DNA from: an uncultured bacterium
Lineage (GTDB): Bacteria > Krumholzibacteriota > Krumholzibacteriia > Krumholzibacteriales > Krumholzibacteriaceae
Direction of reading: 5' to 3'
DNA length: 64,000 nucleotides
Assembly: GCA_963786935.1 (NCBI GenBank)
Contig: CAWBAN010000005.1
Location: forward strand, 224,001 to 288,000
Shown: positions 19,149-28,887 of the stretch, one piece after another
How the letters are laid out: each line of letters begins with the position of its first letter
How positions within the stretch are numbered: position 1 is the stretch's first letter
Translations under genes and position numbers: made by a program
The notes under the pieces: generated by a model
The model's database searches: none
Told to the model about the DNA's origin: nothing
Seen by the model: the letters and a program-made list of their open reading frames with translations, nothing else

Positions 19149-20579
19149 ATGACGAATGAAAAGATAACGCTCCTTTCCGATGAGCCTCTCGATCCGCAGG
19201 GCGACCTCGCCCGCAGCATCGAGGCGATCGGCGCCATACCCGACGTGCAACGCGTCGTTGGAATGGTCGATCTCCACTTCAAGGCGCGGACGGAAAATCC
19301 CTCCAGCATCGCCGTCGCGACGAAGGAGTGTATCATCCCCAAGCTCTCGAGCGTCGCGCAGAACTGCGGCATGGCGCTCGCGCGGACGTCAGCGCGTCGC
19401 GACGATTTCGACGACGCGCGGCTCGGGCGCTTTTTCGATCGTCTCCGGAGCGATGACGACCGCATCATGCGGCGCCCCGATCTGAGCATCGAGGACATGC
19501 GGCGCATCGTGGAACTCGGCGCCCGCGCCATTCTCCGGCGGTACGATTTCCCCGAGAGCATTCTCGAAAATTTCGAGTACGGCGGCACGATGGGAGAGTC
19601 GGAAACGCCGAGGGGGAGCGCGCTCGGGCGCCTCGTGCCGACCTTTACGCTCGAGCGGGGGCGTCACGGTTTCGGCGTCATCCCCGCAGGGAACCATTTT
19701 CTCGAGATGCAGTCGGTGAGCGAGGTCATCGACGGCGCCCGATGCGAACGGTACGGTCTCGTCGAAGGCGTCGTCACATTCATGCTCCATTCGGACGGCG
19801 GGCTCGTCGCGGATGATATCGGCAATCTCTACGGGAATCGCACGACCACAACGGGTTCGACCAAGGCCTTCTACGCGCTGAGAAAGTTCCTTTTCCATCT
19901 CGCCGACGCGCGGAGCCTCGCGAACTGGAACGAGAAATGGGCGTACTACTTCGGCGCCGATCGTTACCTCACGATCTCTCCGGAGACCGCCGAGGGGAAA
20001 CGGTATCTCGCGGCGAAACGGCTCGCGATGAATGCGGGGTACGCATGCCGTCTTGAGACGATCGGAAGGATTCGAGGGATCGCGGAGAGCGTTTTTGGGC
20101 CGCAGGCAGCCGATGTGCGCGTCCTCTGCGATTTTTCCCATAACTCGATACTCCCCGAGGATGTCGGAGGTAGTCCCCTCTGGGTGCATCGTCACAATGC
20201 GTGCCGGGTTACGCCGGGGCGGCTCGTATTTCTCCCCGGCTACAGCTATACCTCTTCCTACGTCTGCATCGGGGGCGCGGGTGCGCCGCGGTTCCTCCAT
20301 ACCATGGATCACGGAGCGGGCAAGACGATCGACCGTTTCAGGGAAAAGGGGCTCGGGGGGCCGCTCGACGGACCACGGGCCACGAGGAGTTACAGCAACG
20401 AATCGAACGAACCGAGAATAGAGCCGCACTATTCGGACGAGGGCATCGACAAGGTCGTCGAGGTTCTCGCGCGGAACGATATCGTGATCCCGATCGCCCG
20501 GCTCACTCCCTTCGCCGGATATCGGTACTATTGGAAAGGGAGACTTTCGCGGTTCACGCAAGCGGCGCGAAGCCGCTGA
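19149..20579 (+). CDS. Divergent RtcB-family ligase-like protein
   Basis: MVDLH, NCG, GNHFLE, LHS, SHN, VHR, LPG and HGAG occur in RtcB order and spacing. Confidence 0.85.
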   Translation: MTNEKITLLSDEPLDPQGDLARSIEAIGAIPDVQRVVGMVDLHFKARTENPSSIAVATKECIIPKLSSVAQNCGMALARTSARRDDFDDARLGRFFDRLRSDDDRIMRRPDLSIEDMRRIVELGARAILRRYDFPESILENFEYGGTMGESETPRGSALGRLVPTFTLERGRHGFGVIPAGNHFLEMQSVSEVIDGARCERYGLVEGVVTFMLHSDGGLVADDIGNLYGNRTTTTGSTKAFYALRKFLFHLADARSLANWNEKWAYYFGADRYLTISPETAEGKRYLAAKRLAMNAGYACRLETIGRIRGIAESVFGPQAADVRVLCDFSHNSILPEDVGGSPLWVHRHNACRVTPGRLVFLPGYSYTSSYVCIGGAGAPRFLHTMDHGAGKTIDRFREKGLGGPLDGPRATRSYSNESNEPRIEPHYSDEGIDKVVEVLARNDIVIPIARLTPFAGYRYYWKGRLSRFTQAARSR

Positions 20580-20610
20580 GGGTTGACGAAGCCGGCCGGC
20601 ACGAAGACCT

Positions 20611-21345
20611 ATGTCCAAGAGCATCTCGATAACGGTAAAGGACCCGGAGAAGAGCGTCGGAGATCGGCTTCTTTTCGTGCTCCCCCTGTATTCCGGAACG
20701 AGGCGTGTCCTCTTTATCGGGATCGAAGGGGACGCGCTGCGAGAGGCTCTCGGGAAGCACGGCATCGTGGTGAACCACGCCGCGCTGAACGACGAGGGAG
20801 TAATCGACCCCCCGGCTCGCGCGGGCGCGGGCACCGCAGCGGCGGCTCCCCGCTCCGAGAATGAGCATCGCTTCGATATGGTCATCGCGGGTCGCTTGCC
20901 GAAAGGGGGAGCCTCTCGAGAGCGGTTCACGCGGTCGATCCTCGGCCTTCTTTCCCCGAGGGGGCATTTCGTTCTCATCATCGAGAACCGGTTCGGCTAC
21001 GCGAGATTCCTCGGCGCCGCGCGGAAATTGCGCGCTCCATATTCTCGAACGATTTCGCGGGGGTTGATGTCTTTTCGCGGCGCCGGCGAGGCATTGCATC
21101 GGGCGGGATTTCGTTCGGTGGGCGTCTATGCCGCCGTCCCGGGGCTCGACGCGCCGCTCGTCTTTTTCTCCGTCGATAGACCGAATTCGCTCGAATCCCT
21201 TCTGGCCCAGTTTCCCGATTTTGCCCGCAAGAGATCGCGCGTGGCCCAGGGGATCATCAGCCTGGTCATCCGTACGAACCTGCACCGGCATTTCCTCAAC
21301 GAGTACGTTTTTGTGACTCGCCCTGAGGCGGAAAGGACCGGGTGA
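20611..21345 (+). CDS. Degenerate class I methyltransferase-like protein
   Basis: RVLFIG, FDMV, LLSPRGHFVLIIENRFG and AGF motifs; Gly-rich SAM motif eroded. Confidence 0.6.
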   Translation: MSKSISITVKDPEKSVGDRLLFVLPLYSGTRRVLFIGIEGDALREALGKHGIVVNHAALNDEGVIDPPARAGAGTAAAAPRSENEHRFDMVIAGRLPKGGASRERFTRSILGLLSPRGHFVLIIENRFGYARFLGAARKLRAPYSRTISRGLMSFRGAGEALHRAGFRSVGVYAAVPGLDAPLVFFSVDRPNSLESLLAQFPDFARKRSRVAQGIISLVIRTNLHRHFLNEYVFVTRPEAERTG

Positions 21346-22355
21346 CGGGGATGCTCTTTTCCCTGAAGGAGACCGTGAGCAACCTGTTCAATGTATCCGA
21401 TTTGGGTGAGGCGGTTCTCTGCCGCGTCGAGAAGGATGCGCCGGCGATCATCTATTTCTTCTTCGCGGGGGGGGCGCGGGCGCCGTTTCTCGTCGCGAAG
21501 CTCGCGAGCGATTCCGTTCATAACGCCGTCCTGAAGAGCGAATACGAAAGCCTCGTGAAGGCAGCCGGGATTGTGCGCGCGGCGAAAGCCGGCGATGTTC
21601 CCCGAGCCGATGGCGAGGGTGAGCTGCTCGGGCACTACTATTTTTTGCAGGATTTCATTCCGGGGGATGTGATCGACGAAGTGCTCGAGGGGGGCGGAGG
21701 CCGCAGGCGGCATCTCGAATCAAAACTGAGTCTGGCATGGAAATGGCTGATGGATTTTCAAGAGGCGTCGCGAAGCGGCGTCGCCAGAATCTCCGAGTTC
21801 GGGTTCGGATCGTTAATCGAGAGATACCGCCGGGCGTACAGGCTGACGGAGCGGGAAACTATCCGGCTCGCCGAGCTCGAGGGAGCCCTCTCGGCGATGC
21901 AAGACCGGACCGTCGAAAACGTCGCGTGCCATGGGGACTTGTTCCCGGGAAACGTCATTATTCGCGAAGGAAAGGCAGTGGTTATTGATTGGCGTTTTCT
22001 CCGGAGTGGCTATCATCCCGTCTTTGACGTCGCGACGTTCATGTCGACGTTCCGATCCAAGCGCGATTGGTCGATCGATGCGGAAGACGTCGAAATGTAT
22101 TTCGACGAGCTCTTGTTCGGGGAGCATTGGGCGGGGAGTCGATTCGTCGAATTCGTCTCGTCCGGTTTCGCGCGCGGCGCGGCGATGCCGCGGGACGTGT
22201 TTCTTCTCCTTTTCGAACTCGCGCTTCTCGAATGGACGACGCGGGAATTCGCCGCGGGGGGGCACGTAACGGAGAAGGATGCCGTCTGGCGGCGGCGATT
22301 CGTGCATTTTATCGCTCACCGGGATCGTTTCGTTCTCGCCCGCGCGTTCGAGTAG
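21342..22355 (+). CDS. APH/choline-kinase-like phosphotransferase
   Basis: VAK, HGDLFPGNV (Brenner motif) and VIDW. Confidence 0.85.
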   Translation: MTGMLFSLKETVSNLFNVSDLGEAVLCRVEKDAPAIIYFFFAGGARAPFLVAKLASDSVHNAVLKSEYESLVKAAGIVRAAKAGDVPRADGEGELLGHYYFLQDFIPGDVIDEVLEGGGGRRRHLESKLSLAWKWLMDFQEASRSGVARISEFGFGSLIERYRRAYRLTERETIRLAELEGALSAMQDRTVENVACHGDLFPGNVIIREGKAVVIDWRFLRSGYHPVFDVATFMSTFRSKRDWSIDAEDVEMYFDELLFGEHWAGSRFVEFVSSGFARGAAMPRDVFLLLFELALLEWTTREFAAGGHVTEKDAVWRRRFVHFIAHRDRFVLARAFE

Positions 22356-22382
22356 CGGTACGGGCTTTTGGAGGATGCGCGC

Positions 22383-24248
22383 ATGTGCGGCTTGTTCGGC
22401 ATCATCAATCTTGATCGGCGCCCCATCGACCTCGGGGAAGCGAAGCGCATGCTATCGATCATCGATCACCGGGGGCCGAACGGCTCGGGATACTACCACA
22501 AGGATCACGTGTTTCTCGGTCACACGCGGTTGAGCATCATCGATCTCGAGGGAGGCTCTCAGCCGATCTACAGCGAGGACGGGCGATACCTCGTCATCTT
22601 CAACGGTGAGATTTACAACCACGAAGAGCTTCGGCCCGCGCTCATCGCCAAGGGGCACCGTTTCAAGACGCGCTCGGACACGGAGGTTCTTGTTCATCTC
22701 TTCGAGGAAGAGGGCGAGAAGTTTCTGCACAAGCTCTTGGGGATGTTTGCGTTCGCTGTTTTCGACACGAAAACGGAATCGCTCTTTCTCGCCCGGGACC
22801 GCATCGGCATCAAGCCGCTCTACTATGCCTGCAACGGGAAGAGCTTCATCTTCTCATCCGAGATGAAGGCGATTATCAAGTCCGGTCTCATCCCGCTCGA
22901 GATCAGCGACCGCGTCGTCTGTCAGTTTCTCACGCTTCACCATTCGATTCCTCCCGACACGCTCATAAACGGCGTCACGTCCCTCATGCCGGGGCATTAC
23001 CTCTCCGTGAAGGGTTCGCCCGGGCCGCAGGTCCCCTACTGGGATATCGAATCGAACGAGGGCGCGGAGCTCCTGTCCTGGGACGAATCAATGCTGCGGG
23101 TCGAGGATCTTCTCTTCGACGCCGTGAAAAAGCGGCTCATGAGCGACGTGCCGCTCGGTCTCTTTCTCAGCGGCGGGGTCGATTCGAGTCTCATCGCCGT
23201 TCTCATGCACCGGATCGTCGGCAGCGGCGTCAAGACGTTCTCGATCGGTTTCCGGGAAAAGGAATTCAGCGAGTTGCCGTACGCGCGGCGCGTGAGTCGC
23301 CTGATCGACTCCGACCATGTCGAAATCGTCGTAACGGCGAAGGACATGATGGAGAGCATCGAGCGCGTCGTTTGGTTCCGCGAGACGCCGATATCGGAGG
23401 TGTCCGATATCCCGATCCATCTCCTCTGCAAGGCGGCTTCCGAGAAAGTGACGGTCGTGCTCACGGGGGAAGGCGGGGACGAAGTTTTCGGCGGTTATCG
23501 CAAGTACTATTTCGAGAACGTCGCGAAGCGCATGGCTCCCCTCGCGAACCCGCTCGTACGCGGGCTGTGCCGGAACAGGCTGGCGGACGCGCTCATGCCG
23601 CAGCGCATCGGCACGGCGCTCGACCTCCTCCTCGTGAAGGAACGCTACCGGCGGTACTATCGATGGTTCAGCTTCTTCCGCGCGGAGGAGCTCGTCCACA
23701 TGATGCGCGATGACCGCCGCGAGCTCCTGGCCGGCGTGGAAAACGCTTACGCCGACATCGTGAAGAGGAAGAAATTCCGCTCGAACATCGAGGAGATGCA
23801 GTACCTCGATATCAAGGTCTGGCTTCCGGACAATCTCCTGCTTCGCGCCGACCGCCTCTCGATGGCGAGCGGCCTTGAGGCGCGCGTGCCGTTCCTCGAT
23901 CATCGCCTCGTCGAGCTGAGCTATCTCCTTCCGACGCGCTTCAAGGTGCACGGCGCGACGGGAAAATATATCATCAAGAAGATCGCGGAAAAACACATCG
24001 ACCACGATATTATATACCGGCCGAAGGTCGGATTCGAAGTCCCCGTGGGACAGTGGTTCCGGACCGATCTCAAGGACTACCTCGTCTCGCGCCTCATGCG
24101 GGACGATTCTTTCTGCGCGGAATTCCTCACGCGGAAGAGCATCGAGAAGCTCGTCGCTGAACACGTCGAAGGGCGCAGGGACCACCACAAGAAGCTATGG
24201 ATGCTCTTGAACCTCGAACTCTGGCGCGACGGCTTTATCGCGCGGTGA
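22383..24248 (+). CDS. asnB: Glutamine-hydrolysing asparagine-synthase-family amidotransferase
   Basis: MCG N-terminus, HRGP, RLSIID, FNGEIYN, LSGGVDSS, GEGGDE and RVPFLD. Confidence 0.95.
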   Translation: MCGLFGIINLDRRPIDLGEAKRMLSIIDHRGPNGSGYYHKDHVFLGHTRLSIIDLEGGSQPIYSEDGRYLVIFNGEIYNHEELRPALIAKGHRFKTRSDTEVLVHLFEEEGEKFLHKLLGMFAFAVFDTKTESLFLARDRIGIKPLYYACNGKSFIFSSEMKAIIKSGLIPLEISDRVVCQFLTLHHSIPPDTLINGVTSLMPGHYLSVKGSPGPQVPYWDIESNEGAELLSWDESMLRVEDLLFDAVKKRLMSDVPLGLFLSGGVDSSLIAVLMHRIVGSGVKTFSIGFREKEFSELPYARRVSRLIDSDHVEIVVTAKDMMESIERVVWFRETPISEVSDIPIHLLCKAASEKVTVVLTGEGGDEVFGGYRKYYFENVAKRMAPLANPLVRGLCRNRLADALMPQRIGTALDLLLVKERYRRYYRWFSFFRAEELVHMMRDDRRELLAGVENAYADIVKRKKFRSNIEEMQYLDIKVWLPDNLLLRADRLSMASGLEARVPFLDHRLVELSYLLPTRFKVHGATGKYIIKKIAEKHIDHDIIYRPKVGFEVPVGQWFRTDLKDYLVSRLMRDDSFCAEFLTRKSIEKLVAEHVEGRRDHHKKLWMLLNLELWRDGFIAR

Positions 24249-24255
24249 TGTGGCT

Positions 24256-25470
24256 ATGAAGATACTCTGGCTGAAGAATAATCTGCTCCATCCGCTCGAC
24301 GCGGGGGGCAGGATCAGGTCATACCATATCCTCCGGCGGATCAACAGGAAGCACGAGGTGCATTACGCCGCGTTCGCCGATGAGCGCAGGGATGCGGCAG
24401 CGATGCGTCTCGCGTCCGAATACTGCCGCCGCCTGTTCACCGTCGAGCCGCCGCGCATCCCCGAGAAGAACACGCCCGGTTACTATGCGCGGGTGTTCGG
24501 GGGCCTCATCGACCCCACGCCGTTCACCGTATCATCGTATCGGAGCCCGACGATGCGCTCGCTCGTCGAGCGGCTCCTCGCAGCGAACGGGTACGATATC
24601 CTCGTCGCCGACTTTCTCGCAATGTACCTCAACGTGCCCGACGTGCCGTCGATTCCCGTCGTGCATTTCTCGCACAACGTCGAGGCCATGATCTGGAAGC
24701 GCCATGGGGACAACGAAAAGAACGCATTCAAGCGATTCGTCTTCAGACGCGAGCAGAAACGCCTCGAAGGTTTCGAACGCAGAATCGTCACGACGTCAGC
24801 ATTCACCATCGCGGTATCCGAGAAGGACTGCGGGCATTTCAGGCGCGTCTATGGGGCTACGCGGGTCGGATCCGTCGCGACCGGGGTCGACACCGGGTAT
24901 TTTGCCCCGCGGGGAAAGTCCGAGGATCCCGACTCGATCATCTTTCTCGGTTCGATGGACTGGACGCCCAACATCGACGCGATTCACCATTTCGTGAGAA
25001 GCATCTACCCGCTCATCAAGAACGAGGTGCCCGCCGCAAAACTCTCGATCGTCGGCCGCAGTCCCGATGTTTCCGTAACGGCGCTTCAGGAGAGGGATCC
25101 CTCGATCATCGTAACGGGCACGGTATCCGATACGAGAGACTACATCGACAGAGCCGCGGTTGCCGTCGTGCCGCTCAGGATCGGTGGAGGCACGCGGCTT
25201 AAGATCTACGAGATGATGGCGATGGCGAAGACGATCGTCTCGACGACGATCGGCGCCGAGGGTTTGAACTATTCGGACGGAAAGAACATTCTCATCGCGG
25301 ACGAAGCGGAGAGGTTCGCGCAGCTCGTGATCGAGGCGCTCCGCGACGGCCGCCGCCGCGGGGCGATCGGGAACGATGCCAGGGACTTTGTCGTATCACG
25401 TTGCTCATGGGATGCGGTCGCGGATGAGTTCGTGCAATTGCTCGACCGTGCGAAGAAAGGGTGCGGATAA
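24256..25470 (+). CDS. Glycosyltransferase family 4
   Basis: GGRIR, HNVE, GSMDWTPN and GGGTRLKIYE motifs. Confidence 0.92.
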   Translation: MKILWLKNNLLHPLDAGGRIRSYHILRRINRKHEVHYAAFADERRDAAAMRLASEYCRRLFTVEPPRIPEKNTPGYYARVFGGLIDPTPFTVSSYRSPTMRSLVERLLAANGYDILVADFLAMYLNVPDVPSIPVVHFSHNVEAMIWKRHGDNEKNAFKRFVFRREQKRLEGFERRIVTTSAFTIAVSEKDCGHFRRVYGATRVGSVATGVDTGYFAPRGKSEDPDSIIFLGSMDWTPNIDAIHHFVRSIYPLIKNEVPAAKLSIVGRSPDVSVTALQERDPSIIVTGTVSDTRDYIDRAAVAVVPLRIGGGTRLKIYEMMAMAKTIVSTTIGAEGLNYSDGKNILIADEAERFAQLVIEALRDGRRRGAIGNDARDFVVSRCSWDAVADEFVQLLDRAKKGCG

Positions 25471-26783
25471 TGAAGATAAGCGTCATGGGAATGGGGTACG
25501 TCGGATGCATTTCGGCCGCCTGCCTCGCGAACGAGGGGCATTCCGTCATCGGCGTCGATGTCAATTCTCTGAAGGTGGATTTGATCAACGGGGGGAACAC
25601 CCCCATAATCGAGGCTGGCATCGGAGATCTGATCGCCACGAATGTCGGGAGTGGAACCCTCCGCGCGACGACGAACGCGAGGGCGGCGATCGTCGACACC
25701 GATATAACGATCGTGTGCGTGGGCACTCCGAGCAGGGCGAACGGGAGCCTCGAGCTCGACTACATCGAGAAGGTGTGCGCGGAGATCGGCGCCGCGCTGA
25801 AGGGAAAAGACACGCGGCACCTCGTCGTTATCAGGAGCACGATTCTTCCGGGGACGATGCGGGGCGTGGTGATTCCGACGATCGAGGCACGGAGCGGTCT
25901 CGAGGCGGGTTCGGGCTTCGGCATCTGCTTCAACCCCGAGTTTCTCCGCGAGGGGACATCGATTGAGGATTACTATCATCCGCCCAAGATCGTTGTCGGG
26001 AGCGCGGCGCCGCAGGATGCGGACCGCGTGTGTGATCTCTACAAGGGCATCGCCGCGCCGACAATCAAGACAACCCTCGAGGTCGCCGAGATGGTGAAAT
26101 ACGTGGACAATTGCTTCCACGCGCTCAAGGTCTGCTTCGCGAACGAGATCGGGAACGTTTGCAAAGAACTTCAGATCGATAGCCACGCCGTTATGGATAT
26201 CTTTTGCAGCGATACCAAACTCAACCTTTCGAGCTACTATTTCAAGCCCGGGTTCGCCTTCGGAGGCTCGTGTCTTCCAAAGGACCTTCGGGCGCTCACC
26301 TACAAAGTGAACGATCTCGATCTCAAGGCGCCGGTTCTCGCGGCGATCCTCGACAGCAACGAGTATCAGATCAAGCGCGGGGCGCAGATGATCCTCGATA
26401 AAGGGAAGAAGAACGTCGGCGTGCTCGGTTTCAGTTTCAAGGCCGGCACCGACGATCTTCGCGAGAGTCCCATGGTGGCGCTCATCGAGCTTCTCATCGG
26501 CAAGGGGTATAAGCTCAAGATCTACGATACGAACGTGAATCTCGCGAAGCTTGTCGGCGCTAATAAGGAGTACATCGAGAAGCACATCGAGCACATCTCG
26601 GCCCTCATGACGTCGAGTGTCGAGGAGCTCGTTTCCTTCGCCGAGATAATCGTCATTGGCAACAAAGCGGAAGAGTTCGTGAAGATTCTTCCCCTGCTCA
26701 CCGAGCGCCACGACGTCATCGACTTCGTGCGGATCGCGAAGGAGGTTCGCACGAAGGCCCGCTATGAAGGATTGTGTTGGTAG
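25470..26783 (+). CDS. algD: GDP-mannose 6-dehydrogenase-like nucleotide-sugar dehydrogenase
   Basis: GMGYVG, NPEFLREG, GFAFGGSCLPKD and FKAGTDDLRESP; ends EGLCW as in AlgD-type enzymes. Confidence 0.85.
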   Translation: MKISVMGMGYVGCISAACLANEGHSVIGVDVNSLKVDLINGGNTPIIEAGIGDLIATNVGSGTLRATTNARAAIVDTDITIVCVGTPSRANGSLELDYIEKVCAEIGAALKGKDTRHLVVIRSTILPGTMRGVVIPTIEARSGLEAGSGFGICFNPEFLREGTSIEDYYHPPKIVVGSAAPQDADRVCDLYKGIAAPTIKTTLEVAEMVKYVDNCFHALKVCFANEIGNVCKELQIDSHAVMDIFCSDTKLNLSSYYFKPGFAFGGSCLPKDLRALTYKVNDLDLKAPVLAAILDSNEYQIKRGAQMILDKGKKNVGVLGFSFKAGTDDLRESPMVALIELLIGKGYKLKIYDTNVNLAKLVGANKEYIEKHIEHISALMTSSVEELVSFAEIIVIGNKAEEFVKILPLLTERHDVIDFVRIAKEVRTKARYEGLCW

Positions 26784-26784
26784 C

Positions 26785-28887
26785 ATGGCTGCAGTCGTTC
26801 AATTGCGCAGGCTCACCCTCGGAGAGCTCGCCTTCAGGCTGGCCGAGGAATTGAGGTTCGCTCGGGAGCGCGTCGCCGCACGAAAGGGGATTGCCTCGCA
26901 TGCGGGAGCGTCGCGGCCGGACGAAACCGTTCCGCGGATTCTCTTCGCTTCGTTGCGGGAGCCCGAAGCGTCGCGCCGACTCTGGCTCGAGTTGTTTCCC
27001 GAATCGGCGCGCGAATCTGTCGCGATCTCCGATCAGATTCTCGCAAACCGGTTCCCCCTCTTTTCCGATGTCGTTGATTTCGGCGCTCATATCGACTGGC
27101 ACCTCGACTATCACTCTCAAAAACGGACGCCGCTCAGCTTCTATCGCGATCTCCATCGCGCCGACCCCTGCGTCGTTGGGGACACGAAGAACATCTGGGA
27201 GCTCAACCGCCAGAATTATCTCCTGCACCTCGGGAAAGCGTATTTCGCGACGAGGGAGAGGCGGTACTACGAGAAATGGAAAGAGATCATTCTATCGTGG
27301 ATCGAAGGCAACCCGCATAATCGCGGCATTAACTGGGAAAGCAGCATAGAGCTGGCGATCAGGGCCATCAACTGGATCTGGTCGAGCTGGTTCTTTATCG
27401 AGGAACTGAAACAGGATCCGGCGCTGCGTGAGGCGTTCCATGCGGCGCTCTCGGCGCATGCGCGGCATATCAACGATCACCTCTCGTTCTATTTCAGCCC
27501 GAACACGCACCTCACCTGCGAGGCCCTCGGTCTCGTGTACATCGGCGCGTCGTTCCCGTCCATTCCGTCGGCGTCGCGATGGGTGTCGCGCGGCTTCGAC
27601 ATTCTCGAACGGGAGCTCGCTCGACAGGTGCTCGACGACGGCGGCTATTTCGAAATGGCAACCTACTATCACAAGTACACGATCGATTTCTACTTGCAAT
27701 ACCTCGTGCTCGGGGAGGACCGCGCGCGGCAGGCCCCGGACGCGGAGTCGAAGATCAAGAAACTCATCACGCATCTCGCGCTGATCGCGGAGCCCGAAGG
27801 CACGATTCCCCTCTTCGGCGATTCCGATGGGGGTGAGCTCCTGCACCTGGGGATGAACAAGCGATCCGTGAAAGGCGCCTGCTGCGCCGCAGCCGCGCTT
27901 CTCGGGGATGCGGAGCTCGCCTCCCTCTGCGACAACGCATACGCGGAGGAGGCGTTTTGGCTCCTTGGAAGAGCCGGTTTCGAGACGTTCGGTAATCTGA
28001 ACCGCGGCGACCGGCGTGCGACGCACCATTCGATCAACAAAGCATCGGGCGTCTTTTGCTTCAGAACGGGAATGCGCGAACGGGACGCCTACGTGACGAT
28101 CGATTGCGGCCCGCATGGCTGGAGGGCCTGCGGGCATGCCCATGCCGACCTGTTGAGCTTCGAGTGGTATTGCGACGGCGCGAAAGTCGTCGTCGATCCG
28201 GGTACCTATACGTACAAAGGCTCGAGGCAATCGCGTGATGAAGCGCGGAGCAGCCAGCGCCACAATACGATTACGATCGACGGCATCTCGCAGTCGATTC
28301 CGGGCGACACGTTCAAATGGAAAACGATTGCCCACCCGAAATACGCGGCCGCGCGGACATTCAAGCGATATGGGCTCTTCGAGGGGGAACACGACGCCTA
28401 TGAAGCACTCGGGTGCCGGCATCGGCGCTCGGTGCTGTTCCTGGGCGCCGAGCTCACGGTGGTCGCCGATTTCGTCAAGGTGGCGCGACCCCGGGCATCG
28501 CTCCTCTCGAACCTGCAGTTCGGCGAGGGGACGCTCGAGCGGGTCGGCGCTCACGCGTACCGCTTTGTGCCCGCCTGCAATTCGAAGAGCTATTACGTGC
28601 GCCTCATGGGGACGCGGGATTTCGATACTGCCGTCGAGGAATCAGAAATCTACCCCGACTATAACAGGGCCGTGAGCGCGCCGAGACTCATGCTGACGGA
28701 GCGTGATCTCTGCGCCGATCAGGTGATCGTCATGCTCTTCGGAACGGATTCCGCGCTGCTCCGGAGCTTTGGCCTCGGCGGCGGTATGATTCTTAAGGGT
28801 TTCGCGGCAGAGCGCGAATATGAAATCCATCTTGCGCCCGAAGGCATCGACGCGGTATCAATCGACGCGAAAGCGCTTCCATTATGA
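26785..28887 (+). CDS. Heparinase II/III-family polysaccharide lyase-like protein
   Basis: WELNR, NTHL, DGGYFE..TYYH, GDSD, HAHADLLS, DPGTY and HNT motifs. Confidence 0.92.
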   Translation: MAAVVQLRRLTLGELAFRLAEELRFARERVAARKGIASHAGASRPDETVPRILFASLREPEASRRLWLELFPESARESVAISDQILANRFPLFSDVVDFGAHIDWHLDYHSQKRTPLSFYRDLHRADPCVVGDTKNIWELNRQNYLLHLGKAYFATRERRYYEKWKEIILSWIEGNPHNRGINWESSIELAIRAINWIWSSWFFIEELKQDPALREAFHAALSAHARHINDHLSFYFSPNTHLTCEALGLVYIGASFPSIPSASRWVSRGFDILERELARQVLDDGGYFEMATYYHKYTIDFYLQYLVLGEDRARQAPDAESKIKKLITHLALIAEPEGTIPLFGDSDGGELLHLGMNKRSVKGACCAAAALLGDAELASLCDNAYAEEAFWLLGRAGFETFGNLNRGDRRATHHSINKASGVFCFRTGMRERDAYVTIDCGPHGWRACGHAHADLLSFEWYCDGAKVVVDPGTYTYKGSRQSRDEARSSQRHNTITIDGISQSIPGDTFKWKTIAHPKYAAARTFKRYGLFEGEHDAYEALGCRHRRSVLFLGAELTVVADFVKVARPRASLLSNLQFGEGTLERVGAHAYRFVPACNSKSYYVRLMGTRDFDTAVEESEIYPDYNRAVSAPRLMLTERDLCADQVIVMLFGTDSALLRSFGLGGGMILKGFAAEREYEIHLAPEGIDAVSIDAKALPL

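Noticed and set aside
18039..24248. Lasso-peptide cluster (HPr-like kinase plus AsnB-like cyclase)
   Set aside because: AsnB keeps the MCG glutaminase N-terminus, and no precursor, PqqD/RRE or transglutaminase-like peptidase is visible.
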